64,000 bases of DNA from an uncultured Nitrospinota bacterium. GTDB lineage: Bacteria; Tectomicrobia; Entotheonellia; J063; CAVPRW01. Positions 30,491-39,828 of this stretch are shown in pieces. The position numbers and the translations under genes are program-made. The notes below the pieces were generated by a model that did no database searches, was not told the origin of the DNA, and saw nothing but the letters and a program-made list of their open reading frames with translations. Positions within the stretch are counted from its first letter, which is position 1; each line of letters begins with the position of its first letter. The DNA is taken from contig CAVPRW010000010.1 of assembly GCA_963707985.1 (NCBI GenBank), forward strand, positions 256,001 through 320,000, given 5' to 3'.

Positions 30491-30943
30491 CTAGCGGGGG
30501 TTAAGAGTCGGTAATCTGTCAACGCCGAGCCAACGAGATTCACCCGCCAGCGTCTGATTTCGCAAGTCTTGCGCCGGGTCTTCATTGAAGTTCCGATAAG
30601 GCTCGCTGGAGCCGACCGGGGTGGACCGGGACGGATAAGTAAAACGTAATTCACGGCCATCTCGAAACTTCACTGTCCAGGTGAGCCCTTGTTCCACTCG
30701 TTTGGGTTGGACGCTCGCTCCGAGAGGGACAAAATCGGCATAACCTCGCACAAAGATGGCTTCCTGGGGACAGAGCTTGACGCAGGCGTAGCACTCGGAG
30801 CACATCTCAGGCTCCTGATTGAAACCCTTCTCGGTGTCCGAGCTGAGGACCATCAGGTCATTGGGACAGATGTACACACACAATGGTCCCTGATCGACGC
30901 CTGCGCAAGCATTGCAGGCGTGTGGATCGACATAGGTTGGCAT
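30491..30943 (-). CDS. aprB: adenylylsulfate reductase beta subunit
   Basis: MPTYVD..C..C..CVYICPNDLM..NQEPEMCSECYACVKLCP..VRGYADFVPLG..WTVKFRDG. Confidence 0.95.
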   Translation of the reverse strand: MPTYVDPHACNACAGVDQGPLCVYICPNDLMVLSSDTEKGFNQEPEMCSECYACVKLCPQEAIFVRGYADFVPLGASVQPKRVEQGLTWTVKFRDGRELRFTYPSRSTPVGSSEPYRNFNEDPAQDLRNQTLAGESRWLGVDRLPTLNPR

Positions 30944-31547
30944 GTGTTCCTCCATCATCGGCTTGTCAGATTGGGCACACAGGCCACAACCGTGATCCTG
31001 TGCACGAAGATGTCGAGTGATCGTGCCCTCCTCCGGACGCCCTCCAGGTTATCCTGGCTCCGTCGGGTGGCCCACCTCACCCAGCCTTTCCCCTCAGTGG
31101 GTGAAGGTTCGGGAGGGGGGTGAAACCGCGACGTACAATACCAAGTCAGCGGACATGTCAGCCAAGGGGTAAGGTCACTGCACAGGTATAACACAGATTG
31201 TGTCATACCTCCACCGCTGGAGGGCTTCTCAGCAGGAGTGGCAAGAGCGATCTGGTGTCCCCTATTCGGACGCTCAGGTCTGTTGCTGTTGATAAGTAAT
31301 GGAGCTTGATGGTTTCTCTTCTCGGCCCTGCCCTTTCTAGGGTAGAATGATCAATGTCTACAGGCTTCCTCCCAGATCTTTACTGAGGGGAACTGGTTGT
31401 CGTCGGCTGCCATGGACCTCTACTCCAGCTGAGCTAGCGTCTGAGGATAGGGTTCGTGTGTGGAAGCAGATAGCATCGGGGACGCCGAGATACATGTCGT
31501 GAGATGATCAGAACGGGTCACGACCAGTCTTCAGGAGGAATTCGCAC

Positions 31548-32222
31548 ATGACACAGCATACTCCGGAGCGACCGCCGTGGGATGAGACACTTCGCCAGGC
31601 TTTCGCCCATCCACGCCACGCTGCAGGGCAATTCGCCCAGTGTACACGGACTCCAGCCGACGCGTGGGAGTTCCTGGCGCAACTTGATGGCGCCGCCGAC
31701 GATGCTGCGCAGCACTGGCCGCGACGGACAGAACATGCCTGTATCCCAGGATGTTTCTTTTGCTGCTTTCTGTGGATAGACGCCATGCCGCTGGAGGTGC
31801 TCCGCATTGCTGCCTACCTCCAACGAACCGCGTCCCCGGGCGACCTTGCCGAGGTGCGCCGACGCCTGCTCGATCGCCTTTCCGCTCCCATCGGGGAACG
31901 CCCGTGTGGGTTGCTCACTGCCGAGGGTCGCTGCGCCGTGTATGCCATACGGCCGATGACCTGCCGCGGGTTCCATTCCTTCTCCAAATCCGCCTGCCAG
32001 GCCTCCTATGAGGGGCGCAGCAGTGGCCCTACGGCCGGCCTCGATGAGCCCCTCCACATGCTCGTAGCGGCGATGCAAGGGGGCATCGAGCGTGGCCTGG
32101 CCGAGCATGGGTTCGAAAGTGGCTGGGTGGAACTGAATGAGGCGCTCTTGCACGTCCTCGATCTCCCCACCCCGTTACTATCCTGGCTCAACCGGGAGCC
32201 GATCTTCGCTTCGCTCGCATAG
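31548..32222 (+). CDS. YkgJ-family cysteine-cluster protein
   Basis: CIPGCFFCC ... CGLL..GRCAVYAIRPMTCR; AGGAGG RBS. Confidence 0.85.
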   Translation: MTQHTPERPPWDETLRQAFAHPRHAAGQFAQCTRTPADAWEFLAQLDGAADDAAQHWPRRTEHACIPGCFFCCFLWIDAMPLEVLRIAAYLQRTASPGDLAEVRRRLLDRLSAPIGERPCGLLTAEGRCAVYAIRPMTCRGFHSFSKSACQASYEGRSSGPTAGLDEPLHMLVAAMQGGIERGLAEHGFESGWVELNEALLHVLDLPTPLLSWLNREPIFASLA

Positions 32223-32345
32223 CCGAAATGCTGTCGTGAGTCACATGGCCTTGGTGTACCTGAGGAAGGATGACTCGGCATGGAGAGGGCGGGTGGGTGT
32301 ATCTCTCGTCCTTACTCAACTATGGATTCCGTTATATGTGATACG

Positions 32346-32600
32346 CTACAGGCACCGTTGCGTCAGGTCGCGGGGACTGATGTAGGCGCCCAGATCGCGC
32401 TTATAGGTTATGGGGTCGTCTTTGTACAGCGCGATGTCGAGTGGGCGCGGAGCGCCGATGCGCACCATCACTACGCCCATCTTCCGGCCCGTGGCGAGGT
32501 TGCCGCCCATATGCCGTTCCTGACCGCTCGCGTCACGGACATCCATGACTTGGGAGCGGAACATTTAGCGTTGTCGCTGATCACATGGATGTGTATGATG
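32346..32600 (-). pseudogene. possible fragment of an NAD-dependent epimerase/dehydratase
   Basis: VVMVRIGAPR..LGAYISPRDLTQ resembles the C-terminal part of extended SDRs; no N-terminal Rossmann motif. Confidence 0.3.
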
Positions 32601-32714
32601 GCACCCAGTCTCGCCCATTATTTCTCAGAGAACACGTACCCGAGAATAGACGATTCATCAGGTGCCCCCTCTAGTTGCCCAGCATACCACTGAAGGGGAT
32701 TGATATAAGGAGAC

Positions 32715-33608
32715 ATGGTGATGGCTGTTCTGCGTGTTATGGCTTCACGGCATTCGGCCTTCTATAGTCCACTCATTGGCGCCATCGCCGGCGGATTTCT
32801 CCAGGAGGAGGGGTTTGAAGCAGTTTATTCGCCCCTGCCTGCGGGGAAGGCAGTGGCGCAGCTGCTGACGGCAGGTGAGATCGATGTGGCGCAGTCGGCG
32901 GTATCTTCGAGTTGGAGCTTCCTGGAGCAGGGTCAACAGCCCCCGACGGTGCACTTCGCTCAGATCAATGAGCGCGACGGGTTCCTGATCGCCGCTCGCC
33001 GTCCCGATGCGGCATTTTCGTGGGACAAACTGCTGTCAGGTGGATTTATGTTCGTACATGGAGGGCAGCCGCAGGCGATGCTGGCGTATGCGATGCACAA
33101 GCGTGGCGTCGACCTGAAGCAGGTCCAGGGGGTGAACGCTGGCAGTTCGGAGTCGATGATGGCAGCGTGGCGTCGAGGCCAGGGCGAGTATTTTCACGAG
33201 CAGGGGCCATATCCACAACAACTCGAGCACGAGCAGGTAGCGCACATTGTGGCCTCCGTCGGGGAGGTCATCGGTCCTGTGGCGTTCAGTAGCCTGACGG
33301 CGACTCGTGAGTGGTTGCAGCGGCCGGAGGCCACCCGCTTCATGCGGGCATATCGGAAGGCGCGGGAGTGGGTGAACACGGCGCCTGCAGCGGAGATCGC
33401 CAAGGCGGAGCAGTCCTTCTTCCCGCAGGTGGATCAGCGCGCGCTGGCGACCACCATTGCATTCTATCAGCAACTGGGCAACTGGAGCCCACCGGTGACG
33501 ATATCACGCGCCACATACGAGACGGCGCTGGATGTGTTTCAGCACTCGCAGCTGATCACGCGGCGGTACCCGTATGAGCAAGTGGTGGTTGAACCGCCGG
33601 ATGCCTGA
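32715..33608 (+). CDS. NMT1/THI5/SsuA-like substrate-binding protein
   Basis: HSAFYSPL..GFLQEEG..GEIDVAQ..FAQINERDGF..FMRAYRKAREW; no permease gene adjacent. Confidence 0.8.
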   Translation: MVMAVLRVMASRHSAFYSPLIGAIAGGFLQEEGFEAVYSPLPAGKAVAQLLTAGEIDVAQSAVSSSWSFLEQGQQPPTVHFAQINERDGFLIAARRPDAAFSWDKLLSGGFMFVHGGQPQAMLAYAMHKRGVDLKQVQGVNAGSSESMMAAWRRGQGEYFHEQGPYPQQLEHEQVAHIVASVGEVIGPVAFSSLTATREWLQRPEATRFMRAYRKAREWVNTAPAAEIAKAEQSFFPQVDQRALATTIAFYQQLGNWSPPVTISRATYETALDVFQHSQLITRRYPYEQVVVEPPDA

Positions 33609-33701
33609 GAAGGTACAGGTCAGAGTATGCCTCAAGGCATTTTCGCCTCGCCAGCTCGGCGCAAATCCGGTCATGTACCCTTGAGGGACGGAGAAGTGCG
33701 T

Positions 33702-34523
33702 ATGTCAGCCATAGAAGTCTGGAAGCAGCGCGTGGCTGCGCATCGTGTGCAATCGCAGAAGATCAGGACAGCCCAGGGCATCACCGAGCTGGACCGCTGG
33801 GAGGTTGTCTCCTCTCTCTTCAAGGCTAACCCGCGACGGGAAGACGACGTTGAAGTCAACCGTCTGGTACGGGAGGTCACTCCTGGCACGACCGTCCTAG
33901 ACGTCGGAGGAGGTGCCGGGAGGTTCGCCCTGCCCTTAGCGCTGCGCTGCCAGCATGTTACGGTGGTAGAGCCGTCACCAAGCATGGGGGAGAACCTCCG
34001 TCAAATCGCAACGGAGGCGCAGATCGATAATGTCAGCCTGGTGCCGAAGCGGTGGGAAGAGGCTGAAGCAGAACCAGCCGATGTTGTGCTCTCGGCCCAC
34101 GTTATCTACATGATCGAGGATATCCGGGCCTTTGTCGAGAGGCTGGTTGCCCACGCGCGCCAAAAGCTACTCTTGCTCATGTTCATGCGACCTCCCCTAG
34201 CCCGCTATGCGCCCTTCTGGCGCTTGGTGCACGGTGAGGATAAACACGAGCTGCCCGGGGCCGGGGAATTGATGCAGGTGCTTTGGGAAATGGGCATCTA
34301 TCCAGACCTCGAGATGTTCGAGCCCAGCCCCTCCAGAGCTTTTAAGGATTGGCAAGAGGCGCTGGATACCACCAGACGACGCATCCACGTCATGCCGGAT
34401 ACCGCAGAGGATGCACGGCTTCAGCAGGCCCTGTGCGAGTTACTCACCGCAACACCTGGCGGTCATGGCATACAGGGAGCTACACCCGAGCAACTGGCAT
34501 TGATCTCATGGCGGCCAGCATAG
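33702..34523 (+). CDS. class I SAM-dependent methyltransferase
   Basis: TVLDVGGGAGRFALPLA..VTVVEPS..DVVLSAHVIY. Confidence 0.88.
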   Translation: MSAIEVWKQRVAAHRVQSQKIRTAQGITELDRWEVVSSLFKANPRREDDVEVNRLVREVTPGTTVLDVGGGAGRFALPLALRCQHVTVVEPSPSMGENLRQIATEAQIDNVSLVPKRWEEAEAEPADVVLSAHVIYMIEDIRAFVERLVAHARQKLLLLMFMRPPLARYAPFWRLVHGEDKHELPGAGELMQVLWEMGIYPDLEMFEPSPSRAFKDWQEALDTTRRRIHVMPDTAEDARLQQALCELLTATPGGHGIQGATPEQLALISWRPA

Positions 34524-34657
34524 TTGGCCCTGCGGCGAACCAGCGTCTGGAGAGTGCACGCAGACCACCAATGGCGCTGCGCGCCAGCCATGATGGTCGA
34601 CGCATCTTGTACCGGTATGCACTAAGGTGTGATTGAGGCAAGCGCCTCTTCCCACAG

Positions 34658-35158
34658 TTACAGAAACAACACGTTGGAGGCCTCGTCCGCTGTTGGTATT
34701 TCAACAGATGCTCCGAGCTTATGACGAATCCGCCAGTATTCTTCTTCACTGCAACCTCGTTCCTGCAACCAGCGCGATGGAGAGTCCCAGGCACCAGTAC
34801 ACCATACAATGGTGACGCGTATGCCAGGTACAACTGAATGCGCGACATCCTGCCAAAACAAACGTCGAGCTTTCGTCAAGTTTGTTGCATCAATTGCCAG
34901 GCTGTGTCCTGCTTGCAATAACATGATCACTGCTTGCTGCACCAATGACCATACAATAGGCTCGAGTATGGCGTAGTCGCCGTTTTGATCATCCCGAGGA
35001 TAAATGCCTGCATTCAATGCCAGGCGCATCGTATCCGAGGAGACCACAAAGGTACCCCGGTCCGCTTTGAGCCGTTTCGCATAGGTAGACTTTCCACTCC
35101 CAGGAAGCCCAGCTAAGATAAACAATTCTTGCCGACCACACTTCTCTAACACCTGCAC
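34658..35158 (-). CDS. P-loop kinase (AAA_33 / polynucleotide-kinase-like)
   Basis: AGLPGSGKST, VSSDTMR, IDATNLTKARR. Confidence 0.8.
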   Translation of the reverse strand: MQVLEKCGRQELFILAGLPGSGKSTYAKRLKADRGTFVVSSDTMRLALNAGIYPRDDQNGDYAILEPIVWSLVQQAVIMLLQAGHSLAIDATNLTKARRLFWQDVAHSVVPGIRVTIVWCTGAWDSPSRWLQERGCSEEEYWRIRHKLGASVEIPTADEASNVLFL

Positions 35159-35243
35159 CCCTCACGTCGCGGTAGCGTGCGGACAGAGCCTTGACCCAGC
35201 AGATAACAGACCTGACCCCTATGACCTGGAGCGACAAGTAACC

Positions 35244-35302
35244 GCCGAACGCGCAAGCTAAGCGGCACGGGTTACCGCGTCCGCTTGAGCGCTTTGTTAG
35301 CC
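35244..35302 (-). other. integron attC site (59 nt)
   Basis: Minus strand GGCTAAC-AAAGCGCTCAAGCGGACGCGGTAACCCGTGCCGCTTAGCTTGCGC-GTTCGGC: inverse core, imperfect palindrome, core site; overlaps the higA 3' end. Confidence 0.88.
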
Positions 35303-35577
35303 GTAAGCCTTGACACTTGCCTTTGAGGCCGATTTACCGAAAGGTCATGATTGATTTGGAGGTTCAACCAAAACTCAGGGGTGGTACCCAATGCCTGAGA
35401 CAACAACCACGACGTTTCGGGGGAAACCCCACGCTTACCCCGCACGATTTCGTTAATACGCTGCACCGGCACGCCGATATGCTCGGCCAGCGCACGCTGC
35501 GTTTGGCCGAGTGGCTCGAGAAACTCCTTTAACAGAATTATGCCTGGATGGGTGGCAATACGGTTCTGAGACAACAT
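35272..35577 (-). CDS. higA: HigA antitoxin
   Basis: THPGIILLKEFLEPLG..QRINEIVRGKRGVSPET..GTTPEFWLNLQ. Confidence 0.93.
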   Translation of the reverse strand: MLSQNRIATHPGIILLKEFLEPLGQTQRALAEHIGVPVQRINEIVRGKRGVSPETSWLLSQALGTTPEFWLNLQINHDLSVNRPQRQVSRLTANKALKRTR

Positions 35578-35597
35578 AAGACTTCTCCACGACCAAA

Positions 35598-35888
35598 CTA
35601 ATGGTAATCGGCAATTCTTACTTCATGCGCTTCCGAGGCATGCCAACGGAAAATAATACGCCACTGATTGTTGATGCGGATGCTGTAAAAGCCACGAAGA
35701 TCGCCACGCAATGCCTCAAGGCGATTACCTGGCGGAGAACGCAAATCTTCGAGCACGTGGGCAGCGTTGAGCACGTCCTGCTTCACAAGCGCTGCCTCCA
35801 CGATATTCGCTGGAAACCGCCTTACGCGGCTACTTCAAACACCATGGAAGAGATCTTCCGTCGCACGATCTCCAAAGGATATGATCAT
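35598..35888 (-). pseudogene. higB: HigB toxin with a nonsense codon
   Basis: [60 protein letters not shown] at 35835-35837. Confidence 0.9.
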
Positions 35889-35975
35889 GCACGGATTTTA
35901 GTGCATTTACGGATACCGTGCAATCGAGATGGAAGCGGCTAACCATTGATAGACAGGCAGTTTTGCCCTGATAAT

Positions 35976-37500
35976 GGCTCTTGGCCACTTTTGGTGACGA
36001 ATTTCGCTGTGGCCACTCACGGTGTCTATTGAGTGAAAAACAATGGTTGCTCAGGCATGGAGGCGATGGTCATCGGTGACATTTTTGACTCGTTGGCTGC
36101 CCAATACTCCCCTCCTCCACCTCGACGCCTGGCACATGGACGACACCGCCACCCAGCTCACGTTGCAGCTGACCTCGACCCAGGCCCTGGTGCATGGTCC
36201 GCTCTGCCGGTTTCCGACGCGGCGGGTCCAGCGTCGCGAGGGCCGCAGGGTGCTGGATCGGCCTTGGGGCCCATGGCGCGTTGTGCTCCACCTGCAGGTG
36301 CGAACGGTCTTCTGCGCCAATGGCCGCTGCCCCCGGCGCATCTTGACCGAGCGGCTGGCTCCGTTGATCGCGCCGGGGGCTCGACGCACGCCGCGGCTCG
36401 TGCAGGGGTTCGTGCACATCGCCGTGGCGCGGGCGGGCTCGGCCGGGGCCCGCCGAAGCCGTGGCTTGGGCCTCCCCGTCAGTCGCACCACCCTCCTGCG
36501 CCTGCGGCGTCGTGTGCCCCTCCCGGATGTGGCCACCCCCCGGGGGCTTGGTGTCGACGACTGGGCCATGCGGAAGGGTCGGACCTCGGGGACCATCATG
36601 AGTGATCTCGAGCGGCATCGAGCCCTCGCCCTTCTGCCCGATCGGGAGGCCCAGACGGTGGCCTGATGGTGGCCGGCGCCTCCTGGCGTCCGCGTGATCG
36701 CCCGGGATCGGTCCAGCGCCTCTGCGGATGGAGCCCGACACGGTGCTCCCGACGCGATCCGGGTCGCGGACCGCGTTCACCGCTGGCAGCACCTGGCCGA
36801 AGCCCTCGACCAGGTGTTTCACGCGCCTGGTCCATTCCTCGAGGCCGTCCATGAGACCCTCCGCCAGGCGCCGGTCACGCTGCCCGACGGCACGCGGGCG
36901 GTGCCGGTCCCCCCCCAGCGCCGCCAAGGAACGCCCAGGAGCTCGCGAACCAACGGCCGGCGCAGCGGCTGGCGCGCCGGCCGCAGATCGGGGCCGACCA
37001 CCGTCAGGGGTGGCCGGGGTGGGCCATGGCCCCGCCGCTGGGGGTTGGCAAGCATACCGTGGTGCGTGATCTCCGGACGGAGACCTGCCCCGCGCGTCAG
37101 CGTCGGACGGACCGCGGCCGCCCTCTCCTCACGCCCTCCACCTTCTCGCTCCTCGACCGCTGGAACGCCGGTTGTCGTGACGCCTGGCGACGGTTTCGCG
37201 AGTGCCAACAGCGGGGTGATCCCGGAGCTCGGCCACGGTCGCCCGCGAGGCGCCGCGTCTGCGCCACGCCCAAGGGTGGACATCCCGGCAACGGCGACCA
37301 CGCCATCCCCTGCCGGTCGTGACCACACGCCGCCCCGCGCCTTGACCCCGCGCCGGGCCACCTGGCTGGTCCGGCGGCGGCCGGAGACGCAGGACGCACA
37401 CGACGCGGCGCAGATCGCCCAGCTGCAAGCCCAGCATCCCGAGCTGGCCGCCGCCATTATCTGAGCCCAGGATTTTGCCCGATGCCCAGCCCCAGAATTC
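35976..37500 (+). mobile_element. ISL3-family element, degraded
   Basis: GGCTCTTG left end; FCANGRCPRRILTER, LGVDDWAMRKG, IARDRS, VADRVH motifs; stops and frameshifts; right end not found. Confidence 0.85.
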
Positions 37501-37821
37501 CCCCCGCCACGACGACGAGCGGGAGCGGCTGGCGATCAAGCCATGTGGCAGCCTTGGATGCGAACCGGGGTGATTTTGGCATGGCTCTGTCAGCTCGGGA
37601 CTTCTCGCCCAATCCTCGACTATGTCGTACTGCGGGGCATGGTATAATACAGATCGATGATCCATTTAGGGGGTGCGCAATCTCGCGCCTGTAATCCCTC
37701 AGCCACAGCGAGAGAAGTCCTCCCCTGAGATCGCCTGCCACACACCAGGGCGAAGGCGAGACATGCGGCCAGCGGCGCTCCATGAACCAGCACCACGGAT
37801 AATTGCCAGAGGGAGGTTTGT

Positions 37822-38406
37822 ATGGCAGATAATCCCGACACCATCACGACGCCCCAAGCGGCCATGACCCCGGTGGGGATTAACCACCTTGTCTTGAACG
37901 TTCGCAATATGGACGAGTCGCACACATTCTGGACGGAGATTATGGGCTTCAAGCAGGTCGGCGAGCTCCACCCGCGTCCGGACGTGCAGCGGCCCAACAT
38001 GCGCTTTTACAGTGGCGACCACAACGGCAAGCTCAACCACCATGACCTTGCACTCGTGGAAATGCCCACCCTGCCCCCGCCGCCGCCATGGAGTATGTCC
38101 GACAGCCCCCTGGCGATCAACCACATTGCCATTGCCTTGCCGAGCCGTGAAGCCTGGCTCCAGCAGTTGGCATTCCTGCAAAGCAGAGGAGTCCCATTCC
38201 ACAGGCGCGTCAACCACGGCATGACGCACAGCGTCTACATCAACGACCCGAACGGCTATGGCATCGAGGTGCTGTACGAGCTGCCGCGCGAGGTGTGGGA
38301 AGGTGACATCGACGCCGCGTTGAACTATGCCGAGCGTCTTCCCACCGAAGGCGAGGCAGCCTTGGTGGACGACCCGCAAAGCGTGCCGGTGTTCGGCAAG
38401 CCCTAA
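37822..38406 (+). CDS. VOC/glyoxalase-family protein
   Basis: INHLVLNV..HHDLAL..INHIAI..SVYINDPNGYGIEV. Confidence 0.9.
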   Translation: MADNPDTITTPQAAMTPVGINHLVLNVRNMDESHTFWTEIMGFKQVGELHPRPDVQRPNMRFYSGDHNGKLNHHDLALVEMPTLPPPPPWSMSDSPLAINHIAIALPSREAWLQQLAFLQSRGVPFHRRVNHGMTHSVYINDPNGYGIEVLYELPREVWEGDIDAALNYAERLPTEGEAALVDDPQSVPVFGKP

Positions 38407-38478
38407 TCATGGGGTCATTCCGGCGGCGCGTCGATCGTGCAAATCGTCGGCGCGCCGTGTTTCTCCTCTGCAATATCC

Positions 38479-39291
38479 CTAGTAATACACCGAGCGCCCC
38501 GCCCCACCGGTGGCAACGATGAGCTCACCGCTGATCGCCCAGGCCTTGTCGGACGCCAGGAACGCCGTCACGGTGGCGATTTCCGACGCATCCACCATAC
38601 GGCAGATGGCATTGCCACGTGGAGAGTCAGGGGCGAAGTCGCGCCGTTCGACCTCCTCGGGAGAGATGCCCAGCTCGGCGGCACGGGTGGCCAGCAAGCT
38701 TGGGGTGCGCTCGGTGCGGGTAGTGCCGGGGTGCACGCAGTTGACCGTGATCCCATAGCGGCCCAACTGCACCGCCAGCGTCTTGGTGAAGTGCACGAGG
38801 GACACATTGCGCGCCCCACCGCTGAGGTTTCCGGCGTTGCGGGCGTTGGTGCCGCTGATGTTGACGATGCGACCCCAGCCCTGCTCCTTCAAGTAGGGGA
38901 TAGCGGCGCGGGCGCAGCGTAACGCCCCCATATATTTCACGTCGAAATCGGTGAGCAAATCCTCGTCTTTGAGGGTGTCGATGGGTCCAGTGGCCGTACC
39001 TCCAGGGTAGGAACCGCTGTTCACCAGAATGTGCAGGCCGCCTAACTGTTGGGCCGCCTCAGCGACCATACGATCCACCTGCTCCCGGCTGCTCACATCG
39101 GCCGGCAGCGGGATCACGCGCCGTCCGGTCTCTGCTGCCAATTCCTGAGCGGCCTGCTCCAAGGTCTCTTTGGTGCGCGCCGCAATGACCACGTCAGCCC
39201 CTTCACGAGCCAACTCCTGGGCGATGGCCTTGCCAATTCCCCGGCTCCCCCCGACGACGATCGCATGCTTGCCCTGCAGTCCAAGGTCCAT
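38479..39291 (-). CDS. SDR-family oxidoreductase
   Basis: VGGSRGIG, ILVNSG, GRIVNISG, VNCVHPG. Confidence 0.92.
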   Translation of the reverse strand: MDLGLQGKHAIVVGGSRGIGKAIAQELAREGADVVIAARTKETLEQAAQELAAETGRRVIPLPADVSSREQVDRMVAEAAQQLGGLHILVNSGSYPGGTATGPIDTLKDEDLLTDFDVKYMGALRCARAAIPYLKEQGWGRIVNISGTNARNAGNLSGGARNVSLVHFTKTLAVQLGRYGITVNCVHPGTTRTERTPSLLATRAAELGISPEEVERRDFAPDSPRGNAICRMVDASEIATVTAFLASDKAWAISGELIVATGGAGRSVYY

Positions 39292-39828
39292 GATGTTCCC
39301 TCCGTGTGTTGTCATGTATGAAAGGCGGCGTAGCTCTCACCTAACCCTCCTCCACAAGGGTAGATGGCCAGAGTGATGGTGAAATCTTGGCGCACAACCC
39401 TATGCGTGTACCCCCGCACCGGCATGTGTTGCGAAAAAGTCAAGAATGCGATCGCGTATGTGGTCTGGGGCTTGCGATTCGAGATGCACGTCCCAGTAGT
39501 CAGCACCAGGGATCCACTCTTCCAGGTACCGGGCGCATGAGGTCGCATGAGAATCGGTATGGCCCGGGAGAATCAGGGTCGGGAGGTTGCCAGCGCGTCC
39601 ATGCTATCACAATTGCGTCTTGCGGCATAGACCGGACTAGAAAGACCTAGATCGAGAAGCCCGCCGGTCATGGCCAGCTCAGGGCCCTCGGCCGATGGCA
39701 AGATTTTGCGGCCCATGGAGTAGAGGGACGGCAGGTTTTGGAGTATGATAGCTGGCGATCGAGGGAATTTTGGTCCTCACCGGCGTCGCGCTAACATCCT
39801 TCTCGATGCGAAAGCATGAAAGGCGAGC

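Noticed and set aside
34530..34600. attC-like start GGCGAACCAGCGTCTGGAG after the methyltransferase gene
   Set aside because: No matching right arm or GTTRRRY core found.
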